Below are positions 1 to 7,448 of a DNA stretch of 21,710 bases, piece by piece (the stretch's first letter is position 1; each line of letters opens with the position of its first letter). The stretch spans positions 1-21,710 of the forward strand of contig JAQTNI010000020.1 in NCBI GenBank assembly GCA_028713935.1. The letters are read 5' to 3'. This DNA is from Candidatus Iainarchaeum sp. (lineage in GTDB: Archaea; Iainarchaeota; Iainarchaeia; Iainarchaeales; GCA-2688035). Both the position numbers and the translations under genes were made by a program. The notes beneath the pieces were generated by a model, which was not told where the DNA came from, searched no databases, and saw only the letters and a list, made by a program, of their open reading frames with translations.

Positions 1-187
1 TTATTCAAACACTATCAACCAGAATACAACAACACGCCGCACTCAAGCTTAAAATATCTTACACCCAATCAAGCATATAGAAACAAACAAAAAAATGGAG
101 CCATAAGCGCTGTCACGTAACACCTAACTTATTTCGCTTCTCCAACTTTCCACTTTTTTTTTCCTTCCGCAACCTTTTTACCTGTTG

Positions 188-201
188 CCTTATATTTAAG
201 G
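188..201. promoter_or_regulatory. Near-palindromic 14-mer CCTTATATTTAAGG in front of the HTH regulator gene; candidate operator or promoter element
   Basis: Read directly. Six of 7 palindromic pairs match. It ends 5 nt before the ATG at 207. A one-base variant lies at 859-872 on the other side of the same gene. The function is inferred. Confidence 0.35.
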
Positions 202-206
202 TTTTT

Positions 207-857
207 ATGTGGGTTGCGAGAATCAGGGTTAGGCATGATTGTGTTGTTGGGAACAGGTGCAGGCAGTTTAATGTAACCACTGCTGGAATTTCTTTTGATG
301 TTTTCAGGGAGCAGAAAAAAATTCATGCCCCGCAGATTCAGGTTCTTTCAGGCAAGGAAGAGGATGTAAAGGCATTTATTGAAGACTTAAAAAAAGACAG
401 GAGAATAACAAATTTTGAACAGGAAGGAAATTCTGTTTTTTTTGTTGAAACAAGACAGGATATGTTTCCTTCTGCCTTCAATAATCCAAAACTGATTTTT
501 TCAAAACCAGTGACTGTTGATGCCCAGGGCTTTGAATACTGGGAAGTTGCCTCATGGAAAAAAGAAACAATCACGGAATTCATTAAAAAACTCCGGATTT
601 CTCTGGAAGAGGTTTTGGTTGAAAAAATAAAGAAAACAAAGCTGACAGACGTTTATTTTCTCCATGTCAGCCCAAAATTAAGCCCAAAGCAAAAAAGGGC
701 CTTGGAACTTGCATTGGAATCAGGCTATTATGAATGGCCAAAAAGAACTGATTTTGCAAAGCTCGCAAAGGCAATGAAAGTAACAATCCAGACTTACAGG
801 GAGCACCTGAAAAAGGCAGAGCAAAAAATAATGCCAAACCTCGCAAAATCAATTTAA
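207..857 (+). CDS. Archaeal HTH_10 (bacterio-opsin-activator type) helix-turn-helix transcriptional regulator
   Basis: 216-aa ORF. The C-terminal LSPKQKRALELALESGYYEWPKRTDFAKLAKAMKVTIQTYREHLKKAEQKI fits the HTH_10 pattern (L-x-x-x-Q-x-x-x-L-x-x-A-x-x-x-GY-x-x-x-PR ... HLR/K-x-AE-x-K). The N-terminus MWVARIRVRHDCVVGNRC is typical of this archaeal family. Confidence 0.8.
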   Translation: MWVARIRVRHDCVVGNRCRQFNVTTAGISFDVFREQKKIHAPQIQVLSGKEEDVKAFIEDLKKDRRITNFEQEGNSVFFVETRQDMFPSAFNNPKLIFSKPVTVDAQGFEYWEVASWKKETITEFIKKLRISLEEVLVEKIKKTKLTDVYFLHVSPKLSPKQKRALELALESGYYEWPKRTDFAKLAKAMKVTIQTYREHLKKAEQKIMPNLAKSI

Positions 858-858
858 A

Positions 859-872
859 CCTTAAATTTAAGG
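859..872. promoter_or_regulatory. Perfect 14-nt palindrome CCTTAAATTTAAGG between the regulator stop and the radical SAM gene; candidate operator (or weak AT-rich hairpin)
   Basis: Read directly. It starts 2 nt after the stop at 857 and lies 67 nt upstream of the TTG start at 939. It differs by one base from the motif at 188-201. Confidence 0.35.
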
Positions 873-905
873 GTAAATTCTCAATAATCCTTCAAACTCC
901 AATGC

Positions 906-911
906 TTATAT
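906..911 (+). promoter_or_regulatory. TATA-like box (TTATAT) for the radical SAM gene; the spacing suggests a leaderless or near-leaderless mRNA
   Basis: Its centre is about 30 nt upstream of the TTG start at 939, and there is no SD-like purine run in between. The archaeal TATA position is about -26 from the TSS (established knowledge). Confidence 0.3.
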
Positions 912-938
912 CTCGCTGCTTTTTTTGGGGGTGGCTTT

Positions 939-2348
939 TTGAGAATTCTTCTTGTTTCAGTGCCAGCTCCGGCCGTAAGACAAACAACAATAGAAAAGGA
1001 ATTCTGGAAATGGCATTACGCGTTAAAAGAAAAGCTTACCTACAAAAACATTCCAAAAAGAGCATTGAAAAATTTTGGGAACCTTGAAAACCAGAATGTC
1101 GGATTGCTTTCAATTGCAAGAGTTCTGCTTGAAAACAACCACAAAGTCTCTTACCTGGCGCCAATGCCAAATCCTGGCTTGCAGGAAAAAGACTTTTTTT
1201 TTAAAAAAATTCTTGGCTTGATAAAAAGCAAGAAAATAGAAATGGCTTGTTTTTCAGCGCATACCTGTGCAATTCCAAACGCAATAAGCTTTGCGAAGCA
1301 AATCAGGATGGCGTTTCCGGACGTTTTGGCGGTAATAGGTGGACCGCATGCCAATGGCGCAAAAGGAAAAGATTTGGAAGAATTGCAAAAAAACTTTGAT
1401 TTTGTTGTGCAGGGGCCAGGAGAAAAACAATTGTTGGAAATAATTGCAAAAACAGAGGGAACAAAAATTAAGGCAAAAATTCCCGTTTTTCCGTTTCCTG
1501 CAAATACTCTTTTGAATGTGAAAGAACTGCCAGCAGCACGGGTTTTCACTTCCCTTGGCTGCAGAAAATGCTCTCAATGTGTTTTTTGTGCAGACATTCA
1601 CAACAAAAATTTTGTTGCAAGGCCATTAGAAAAAGCCTTTGAAGAAATACAAGATTTTTACAACAACTTTAACACACGCTATGTTTATTTTGGAGACGAA
1701 AATTTTTTCTTTGAAGAAAAACGCGCCTTAAAAGCAATTAAAAAAGTGAAAGAGCTTGATTTAAGGCTTGATTTTGGATTCCAGGCGAGAATAACAAATG
1801 CATCGGAAAAAATTCTTTCTTCTCTTGCAGCAAGCAACAAATGCAGTGAAGTCCAGTTCGGCATTGAAAGCGCAAACCAGGAAATTCTAAATCTAAGCAA
1901 TAAGGGATTAAGCTTTGAATATGCAAAACACGTGCTTGCAAAAGCCAAAAAGCACGGATTAACCACACATTGTTACTTTCTAACAGGGCTTCCGGGAGAA
2001 ACCAGAGAAACAGCAATGCAAACAATCAGGGCAATGTGTTCTCTGCTTGAAAAAGGCCTGACAGACTTTGTTGAATATCGCATAGCAGTTCCTTTTCCGG
2101 GCTCGCCAATGTATGACCAGGCAGAAAAATATGGCATAAAAATCCTTTCACGCAACTGGGGCTTATACAGGGGAGAAAACAAGCCACAGCACTCCCTGAC
2201 AGCTCTTTCCCAGGAACAGATTTATTCGCTTTACCTGAAAGGCCTGGAAGAAGTGACAAAAATTTACAAACAAAAACACATACAAAAATTCGGTTCAGAA
2301 AAATCAAACATTGCGGCTCAGAGCGCAATAATCGAAGGCGGATTCTAA
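939..2348 (+). CDS. B12-binding-domain (class B type) radical SAM enzyme; substrate unknown
   Basis: 469-aa ORF. The TTG start gives MRILLVSVPAP, the usual N-terminus of the cobalamin-binding Rossmann-like domain. A Cys cluster GCRKCSQCVFC (nt 1560-1589) is followed by the radical-SAM barrel-like blocks YFGDENF, QFGIESA and LTGLPGET. Confidence 0.85.
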   Translation: MRILLVSVPAPAVRQTTIEKEFWKWHYALKEKLTYKNIPKRALKNFGNLENQNVGLLSIARVLLENNHKVSYLAPMPNPGLQEKDFFFKKILGLIKSKKIEMACFSAHTCAIPNAISFAKQIRMAFPDVLAVIGGPHANGAKGKDLEELQKNFDFVVQGPGEKQLLEIIAKTEGTKIKAKIPVFPFPANTLLNVKELPAARVFTSLGCRKCSQCVFCADIHNKNFVARPLEKAFEEIQDFYNNFNTRYVYFGDENFFFEEKRALKAIKKVKELDLRLDFGFQARITNASEKILSSLAASNKCSEVQFGIESANQEILNLSNKGLSFEYAKHVLAKAKKHGLTTHCYFLTGLPGETRETAMQTIRAMCSLLEKGLTDFVEYRIAVPFPGSPMYDQAEKYGIKILSRNWGLYRGENKPQHSLTALSQEQIYSLYLKGLEEVTKIYKQKHIQKFGSEKSNIAAQSAIIEGGF

Positions 2349-3253
2349 AACGACTATCAGAGTATACATAACTATTATTTGGCTGCTGAAGTTTCTCGCT
2401 CCCTGCTTTTTACTTTCCAAATCCCGTGACAAGTGCTTTCAGGCCAGTTGAAATCCGAACCGCCCATAAAAGCGCCTTTAAGCCACTTCTATAATGAGGG
2501 GGTTTGGCGATTAAACGCATTCTATTCCACTTTAAGGCTATTTGGGGGCATTATGAAAACTTTTTTTCCATTACAAAAACGCTTATTTTGGCTAATAGAA
2601 GCATTTTAAGCGGGTTAATGGCTAAAATGGCACCATGCGTATAGTCGTATATCCATGATTATCCAGCACTTTTACCTTAGGGAATTATTTTATTTTTAAA
2701 AAAATTCGCATCAAAAAGCCCCTTAGGGGAAGAAGAGGGGTTGCCTTAGGAGCAAACTGGGGGGGGTTTTAGGCCACTTCCAAAACAAAGTTATGTATAC
2801 AAAAGCAGTATTTCCCGCTTTCCAGCCTTTTTAGGGGAAACAGGAAATGCATTAATCCGGATTTTTTAATGCATTCAAAAAACTTCCAGTGCTTTGTGAA
2901 CTATTTTTAACATTGCAAGGCAAAAGCAGCAATTCTTTCCAGAATACTGGCATTTTTATTAAAAAAAAGCAATTTTTTTCAGCCAGATTTTTTAGGGTTT
3001 TTTTTGCAATTGCCCTGGCTCTTTTAGGCATTATCAAGCCGCAAGAAAACAATTCTTTTTCAGTTATTTTTGCTGTTTTTCTTGTTTTTAATGTGATTCT
3101 AATGCCCATTGCTTGTTGTTTTTGGAAGGTTATTGGGGAGCATTAGCTTGCATGGCTGATTGCCCTCACACATTCCTGTCCGGCTGCCTTGTTTTTAAGC
3201 CAAAAATAGTGCAAAAAGATAAATATTATGTATCATTATACTACATAATTTGT
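2349..3253. other. About 900 nt without a convincing ORF; the core at about 2400-2850 is locally G-run and short-repeat rich
   Basis: The six-frame track has no ORF of 60 aa or more between 2349 and 2851, and only a mirror pair of 85-aa ORFs at 2852-3146. Repeats read directly: CCTTAGG x3 (2675-2750), TTAGGGGAA x2 (2723, 2831), TTTA(A/G)GCCACTTC x2 (2476, 2767), G-runs up to G8 (2759-2766), and a 12-nt inverted repeat at 2362-2373 / 2789-2800. Confidence 0.5.
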
Positions 3254-3679
3254 TTATGGCCTTCTTTTAAATCCCCCGATTTTTTTGATTGAGCCTGCAA
3301 GATTTCCTTCCATTCTGATTCCTGCTTTGTCCTCTGATACTATTTTGTGCCCGCGTTTTTCCATAAACTTTGCAAATCTGCTGTTTGTCGTGCCTTCAAT
3401 TTTTGTTATGCCCAGGGTTCTTAAATGGGCTTCTATGCTTTGCCAGAGATTGGCTGCAATTTTTGTTTTGGTTATGTTTGTGAGCTGTACTATTGGCCCA
3501 AATCTAAAATCTCCTACCCAATAAGATTCATTGGTTCTCTGGCCATAAACCAATGCAATAACTCTTTTTTTTCCGTCTATCAGTTCAAACCATATTTTGT
3601 TTCCCGCTTCCGGGGGATATTCCTCTATTCTTAGTTCGTACTCTCCTATTTTTTGAATTGTTTTTTTTGGTTTGATCAT
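3254..3679 (-). CDS. Small conserved protein of unknown function (distant GNAT-like C-terminal pattern); last gene of the ABC operon; paralogue of 15038-15481
   Basis: 141-aa ORF 8 nt downstream of the permease gene, with a GGGT SD-like motif upstream. It aligns by eye with the 147-aa product of 15038-15481 (LRTLGITKIEGTTNSRFAKFMEKRGHKI vs LARKGITKFEGGPANHALAMFMQKRGYGI). Both end in a basic tail. Confidence 0.7.
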   Translation of the reverse strand: MIKPKKTIQKIGEYELRIEEYPPEAGNKIWFELIDGKKRVIALVYGQRTNESYWVGDFRFGPIVQLTNITKTKIAANLWQSIEAHLRTLGITKIEGTTNSRFAKFMEKRGHKIVSEDKAGIRMEGNLAGSIKKIGGFKRRP

Positions 3680-3687
3680 TTTTTACC

Positions 3688-4539
3688 CTATTCTATTCCT
3701 GTTATCCTTTTGTCATAAACCAATAAGTTTTGTTTCAGTTTTTTTTCAACTATTGTTGTTGCTATTGCTATTGTGATTGCTGTTATTGCAATGCTTATTA
3801 TTATTTCGTGCGCTGGCACGCTTGTGATTAGTACCCTCATTGCCATTGTTATTGGCCCTGTTATGGGAATATAGCTTAGTGCGATTGGTATTTCCGATAA
3901 GGGGTTTGAGAAGAAGAAAATTGCTGCCCAGCTTGGTATAAGGGAAACTATTGTTATTATTCCGCTTATCTGGCTTGCCTGCCTTGTGTCTGCCAGCATT
4001 GCGCCTATTCCTGCTATGATTATTGCAAAAAGGGAGTATGCAAGCAGGAAAAAAATTATTACCAATATTACCATTGGGATTGTTATTTCTTCTATGTTTG
4101 CCATCCAGAGTATTTCCGGCATTATTGCTATTGCAACCAGGCTTGAGACTAGCCATGCAATTAATTGCACTATTCCAAGCAGCCCCAATCCGAGTATTTT
4201 TCCAAATAGCAATTGTTTTGTTGAAACGCTTGTCAATAATATTTCTATGAGCCTGTTTTCTTTTTCTTCTACCATTCCGTAAAGCAAAAATCCCGAGCTA
4301 ATGAATATTGCAACTGAAAAAATTGCCCCGAAGATTGATGGCAATATTATTGGCAGGGGGATGGGGGTTTCCATTGCCCTTTTTATTATGACTTCTCTTG
4401 GAAGGTCTGTTCCGAAGCTTGCCTGGATTGCTGTGAGCATTATAAAAAGAATTGGCAATACCAATGCAAATAATAAATAGCCTTTTCTTTTTGCGTTGCT
4501 TTTGAATTCGTGTTTTGCTATTATGATTGTCTTGTTCAT
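3688..4539 (-). CDS. ABC-2 type transporter permease
   Basis: 283 aa. It has one N-terminal TM segment, a loop, and then about five hydrophobic segments. It follows the ATPase gene after 9 nt, with a GAGG SD overlapping the ATPase stop. This architecture is typical of ABC-2 family permeases. Confidence 0.85.
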   Translation of the reverse strand: MNKTIIIAKHEFKSNAKRKGYLLFALVLPILFIMLTAIQASFGTDLPREVIIKRAMETPIPLPIILPSIFGAIFSVAIFISSGFLLYGMVEEKENRLIEILLTSVSTKQLLFGKILGLGLLGIVQLIAWLVSSLVAIAIMPEILWMANIEEITIPMVILVIIFFLLAYSLFAIIIAGIGAMLADTRQASQISGIITIVSLIPSWAAIFFFSNPLSEIPIALSYIPITGPITMAMRVLITSVPAHEIIISIAITAITIAIATTIVEKKLKQNLLVYDKRITGIE

Positions 4540-4548
4540 TTTTTTGCC

Positions 4549-5490
4549 TCAGTTTTTCATCCATTGTTCCGCTTCAACAACCGATAAGAAAATTGATTCA
4601 AGGCTTGGGCTTGTTTCTTCGAATTTTATTATTGCAAACCCGTTTTTTACCAGTTCTTTTAAAAGTTCTTCGGGCTTCAGTTCCATGTCAAAAGCCAGTT
4701 CAAATTCTTTTTTGCCTTTTTGCTTTATTTTTTTAATCCCGGAAATTTTTTTTGCCTTGTTTTCAAATTTGCTGTCTTCCTCGCTTAATTCTATTATTGC
4801 GCTGTTTTCAGAATACCTTTCCTTTATTTCTTTTACAGTGCCATAAAGCACTCTTCTGCCCTTGTTTATTACAATTACTTTATCGCAGATTTCTTCCGCA
4901 ATGCCCATGTTGTGCGTGCTTAAAATAATTGTTTTTCCGTTTTCTTTTTGCTTTTTGATTGTTTCAATTACAAATTTCACGCTTAAAGGGTCCAGGCCTG
5001 AAAAGGGCTCGTCCCAGACAAGCAACAAAGGGTTATGTATAATGGAGCTTATTATTTGCATTTTTTGCTGTGTTCCCTTGCTTAATTCAAATATTTTTTT
5101 GTTTTTATATTCCAGCAGGTTTAATTCTTTCATCAGCCTTGCGGCTTCTTTTGCTGACTCTTTTTCGCTTATCCCCTTTAATGCCCCGAGATATGCCGCG
5201 GCATCAATTGCCTTTTCGTTCTTGTAAAGGCCCCTTTCTTCAGGCAGGTATCCAAACAGGTTTTTTGTTTTTTCAGAAAATTTTTTCTCAAAAATTTCCA
5301 CTTTGCCATCATACTTTTCAATCAAGTTTAGCATTATCCTGATTGCAGTTGTTTTTCCAGCGCCGTTCGGCCCCAATAACCCAAATACATGACCTGTTTT
5401 CACTTCAAAGCTTATTCCATCCAGTGCCTTTGTGCTTCCAAACTGCTTTGAAATTTCTTCCAGCTTTACAGCTGTTTTTTCTTCTGGCAT
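4549..5490 (-). CDS. ABC transporter ATP-binding protein (ABC-2/NatA-like subfamily with a C-terminal accessory domain)
   Basis: 313 aa. It has Walker A GPNGAGKT (nt 5350-5373), the signature LSKGTQQK, Walker B LLVWDEP, and an H-loop STH. About 90 aa follow the cassette. Confidence 0.95.
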   Translation of the reverse strand: MPEEKTAVKLEEISKQFGSTKALDGISFEVKTGHVFGLLGPNGAGKTTAIRIMLNLIEKYDGKVEIFEKKFSEKTKNLFGYLPEERGLYKNEKAIDAAAYLGALKGISEKESAKEAARLMKELNLLEYKNKKIFELSKGTQQKMQIISSIIHNPLLLVWDEPFSGLDPLSVKFVIETIKKQKENGKTIILSTHNMGIAEEICDKVIVINKGRRVLYGTVKEIKERYSENSAIIELSEEDSKFENKAKKISGIKKIKQKGKKEFELAFDMELKPEELLKELVKNGFAIIKFEETSPSLESIFLSVVEAEQWMKN

Positions 5491-5528
5491 TGCTTAGAAT
5501 TAGTTTAAACTTGTTAAAAAGCCTTTTC

Positions 5529-5652
5529 GGAGCGCTCGCCTGTTAGGCTCGCTTCCAAAAGCCTCGTTGCAAAACCACTGGTTTTGCGACGCGTCGTAAA
5601 AGCAAAGCTTTTGCAACGTGGGAAAAATTTGCTGCACGTAAAGGTTTTTTTT
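5529..5652. ncRNA. GC-rich structured element in the divergent intergenic region: candidate small RNA (+ strand, ending in T8) or structured leader of the ABC operon (- strand)
   Basis: Read directly: hairpin 5529-5556; a 12-bp hairpin 5565-5576/5580-5591 with a 3-nt loop; hairpin 5598-5603/5607-5612; stem ACGTG/CACGT at 5616-5620/5635-5639 followed by T8 at 5645-5652. The arm 5565-5576 can alternatively pair with 5607-5618 (11 of 12). The 67-aa ORF here is not credible. Strand and function are not resolved. Confidence 0.3.
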
Positions 5653-5685
5653 ACTGCCAAATCCTGGTTTTTTTTAAAAGTCAAA

Positions 5686-5693
5686 TTTATATA
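5686..5693. promoter_or_regulatory. TATA box candidate TTTATATA, possibly serving the secreted-protein gene (+) and/or the ABC operon (-)
   Basis: It lies 43-50 nt upstream of the ATG at 5736 and is preceded by an A-rich BRE-like stretch. The sequence is nearly symmetric, so use on either strand is possible. Confidence 0.35.
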
Positions 5694-5735
5694 CAAGAAT
5701 GCCCTTTTATTTTCCAAATACCCGGGTGCGGCTTT

Positions 5736-6398
5736 ATGAAAAACTCAAGATTTTTGTTTTTGTCTTTTATTGCGCTTTTGTTCTTCTCTTCCTATGCTTT
5801 TGCAAACACTTCCACTACCACAATGACCTGGAATGTGCCTTCCAACAAGAGCCATTCTGTTTCTTATGGCGGGAGCTGTTCTACAACTGCTTTCTTTTTT
5901 GTTGAAAGCAATGCAATTATGGATTCTGACGCTGATGGCAATGCTGCCAAGATTCTGCCTTACAACCTGAGAAGCGATGGCACTGCTTGCCAGGCAGCCG
6001 GCACTGCCGGCATGATTATTACCAATACTGGGAATGTTGCAATTAATATTGATGCAAATTTTGCTTCTGCCCTTGATACCAATACCTGGCTGAAAATCTG
6101 GATGGGCAATGGGGATGCAGGCACTGATTGCGGCACTGCAGGCTTTGGCGGATGGGCAAAGCTTTGTGCCTTGCCTGGAGCTGCTGATACTGCCACCCCT
6201 GTTACTTATACTGATTGCAGGGATTTTAACAGCAACAACAGCACTACTGCTGCAAGGCTTGTTTCAGGCCTTCCAATTGGCGATACAAACCATTTGTGTT
6301 TTTCCGGTGAATTTGTAGGGCCTGTTATAACTGTGCAAGCCAATGTCACTTCCGGCGACCATAATGGGACTTTCCAGACTTCAACCGATGTCAGTTAA
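5736..6398 (+). CDS. Secreted Cys-containing protein of unknown family ('S module'), related by eye to the C-terminal ~160 aa of the 1492-aa protein
   Basis: 220 aa. It has a Sec-type signal peptide MKNSRFLFLSFIALLFFSSYAFA followed by NTS, is rich in T/S/G/N/A, and contains six Cys. Landmarks shared with nt 10516-10995 are listed in the findings. Confidence 0.75.
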   Translation: MKNSRFLFLSFIALLFFSSYAFANTSTTTMTWNVPSNKSHSVSYGGSCSTTAFFFVESNAIMDSDADGNAAKILPYNLRSDGTACQAAGTAGMIITNTGNVAINIDANFASALDTNTWLKIWMGNGDAGTDCGTAGFGGWAKLCALPGAADTATPVTYTDCRDFNSNNSTTAARLVSGLPIGDTNHLCFSGEFVGPVITVQANVTSGDHNGTFQTSTDVS

Positions 6399-6409
6399 AC
6401 CCATATTCC

Positions 6410-6424
6410 TTTTTATTGTTTTTT
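6410..6424 (+). terminator. Oligo-T tracts (T5, T6) after the secreted-protein gene; candidate archaeal intrinsic terminator
   Basis: T5 at 6410-6414 and T6 at 6419-6424, within 30 nt of the stop at 6398. Archaeal RNAP terminates at oligo-T (established knowledge). Confidence 0.3.
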
Positions 6425-6450
6425 GTTTAATTTGATTGCAGGTATTGCCA

Positions 6451-7377
6451 ATGGATGACACGCAGGTTCAGCAAAAAAAATCGCCTCTTGTTTTTATTTC
6501 AATAATCCTTGTTGTGGCAGTTGTTTGCATTGCGGCTTTTGTTTTTTTGCAGCAATTTTTGCCCCAAAATTCTGTTGGAAATTTTTTGGTTTCAAATGAT
6601 GCGCAAAGCGATGTGATTAACCCTTCGCAGTTTGTTTCAAGGGAAGATTACTTCAGGGAAGTTTTCAAGCCGCACAGGAACCAATATGGGCTTTTTGGCA
6701 AGGCAGCTGATTTTTTGAAAAAACCTGTTTCTGAAATTCCAGCTTATTTTGGGCTTAATAATGAACAGGAAATTTTTGAAGCTTTGCCTGAAATTCCAAG
6801 CGATTTCAGTGATATTGCTTATTTGTTGGCGCAGGGCAAATATTTTGACCTTGGCTTGCTTGATGAAAGGTATTACAAGCAGCCTGAGTTTTATGACAAT
6901 TTTAAGACTCTTGGCGTAAGGTATTGGACAAGGCCTGACCCAAAATATTGGGTTGCAAATGGCTATGGAACTTATCCCGCTGAGCAGTGGGATTCTCTGC
7001 AGATTGGCCAGAGAGAGGATTTTAAAGGCGTTGTTTTCTTTTATTCCAGCTGGGGAGTCCAGTCTTTTCAGGGAGTTTCACTTAGCCCTGATTCTGAATC
7101 CCAAAAATATTTTGACATTCAGATAACTCCTAAAACTTTTTTGCTTGAGCCTTCTTTTCCAAAATTCGGAAAAAACTGGGCTTATAAAATTGAAATTGCT
7201 GGAAAATTGAAGCCCAATACTCCTCCGGGAGTTTATCATGTTGGAATTAATGTGGAAGTTCCTCCCAATGAATTCAGAAGCAAGTGGGCTTTGGAGCACA
7301 AGAATATTTATTTTGATGCTGCAAATGCAATTCGGCCTGCCGGAAACCAGATTCAGTTTGACATAACAGTAAAATAA
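6451..7377 (+). CDS. Membrane-anchored protein of unknown family ('P protein', copy 1); paralogue of 9666-10487
   Basis: The ORF track starts at a TTG at 6436; I prefer the ATG at 6451 (MDDTQVQQKKSPLVFISIILVVAVVCIAAFVFL, a single N-terminal TM). The ~260-aa ectodomain shares the blocks QPEFY, YW, GV(Q/R)SFQG and LL(E/G)PSFPKF with copy 2. Confidence 0.75.
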   Translation: MDDTQVQQKKSPLVFISIILVVAVVCIAAFVFLQQFLPQNSVGNFLVSNDAQSDVINPSQFVSREDYFREVFKPHRNQYGLFGKAADFLKKPVSEIPAYFGLNNEQEIFEALPEIPSDFSDIAYLLAQGKYFDLGLLDERYYKQPEFYDNFKTLGVRYWTRPDPKYWVANGYGTYPAEQWDSLQIGQREDFKGVVFFYSSWGVQSFQGVSLSPDSESQKYFDIQITPKTFLLEPSFPKFGKNWAYKIEIAGKLKPNTPPGVYHVGINVEVPPNEFRSKWALEHKNIYFDAANAIRPAGNQIQFDITVK

Positions 7378-7448
7378 CCTGATTTTAATTTTGATGTTGA
7401 ACTCTGTCAAGCGTAAAATAAATAAGGGCTGAATGCAATAATATACTC

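Noticed and set aside
129-326. 65-aa minus-strand ORF overlapping the start of the HTH regulator gene.
   Set aside because: It overlaps a well-supported CDS whose N-terminus matches its family. Its composition is low-complexity and it has no start context. It is most likely a shadow ORF.
2449-2466. T-arm-like string (minus strand GGCGGTTCGGATTTC) suggesting a tRNA.
   Set aside because: The loop would read TTCGGAT with G at the invariant A58 position. The flanking bases do not form a T-stem, and no acceptor or anticodon arms can be drawn.
2400-2950. Possible archaeal replication origin: TTCCAG/TTCCA boxes (seven on the + strand) plus G-strings, reminiscent of ORB elements, and an AT-rich tract.
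   Set aside because: TTCCA is equally frequent on T-rich strands elsewhere in the window (for example five times in 5340-5470). The boxes lack a shared extended consensus or a fixed spacing to the G-runs, and no orc1/cdc6 gene is adjacent. I keep it only as a low-probability alternative inside the non-coding-region finding.
2852-3146. Mirror pair of 85-aa ORFs: on the + strand an F-rich, two-TM-like peptide from a GTG start, and on the - strand a Lys-rich basic peptide from an ATG.
   Set aside because: Neither has an SD or a convincing promoter, and each is the shadow of the other. Minus-strand codon usage looks slightly more gene-like, but that is not enough to call a CDS. Conservation or expression data are needed.
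3225-3249. AT-only hairpin (ATTATGTA / TACATAAT, 9-nt loop) 5 nt downstream of the 3254-3679 gene, as a terminator.
   Set aside because: It is an 8-bp A/T-only stem of low stability, and archaeal termination does not require hairpins. The nearby T5 runs on the minus strand are the more likely signal. I did not list it as a feature.
5514-5717. 67-aa minus-strand ORF across the divergent intergenic region.
   Set aside because: It runs through the GC-rich hairpin region and the TATA box. It has an odd composition and no start context. The RNA or regulatory interpretation fits better.
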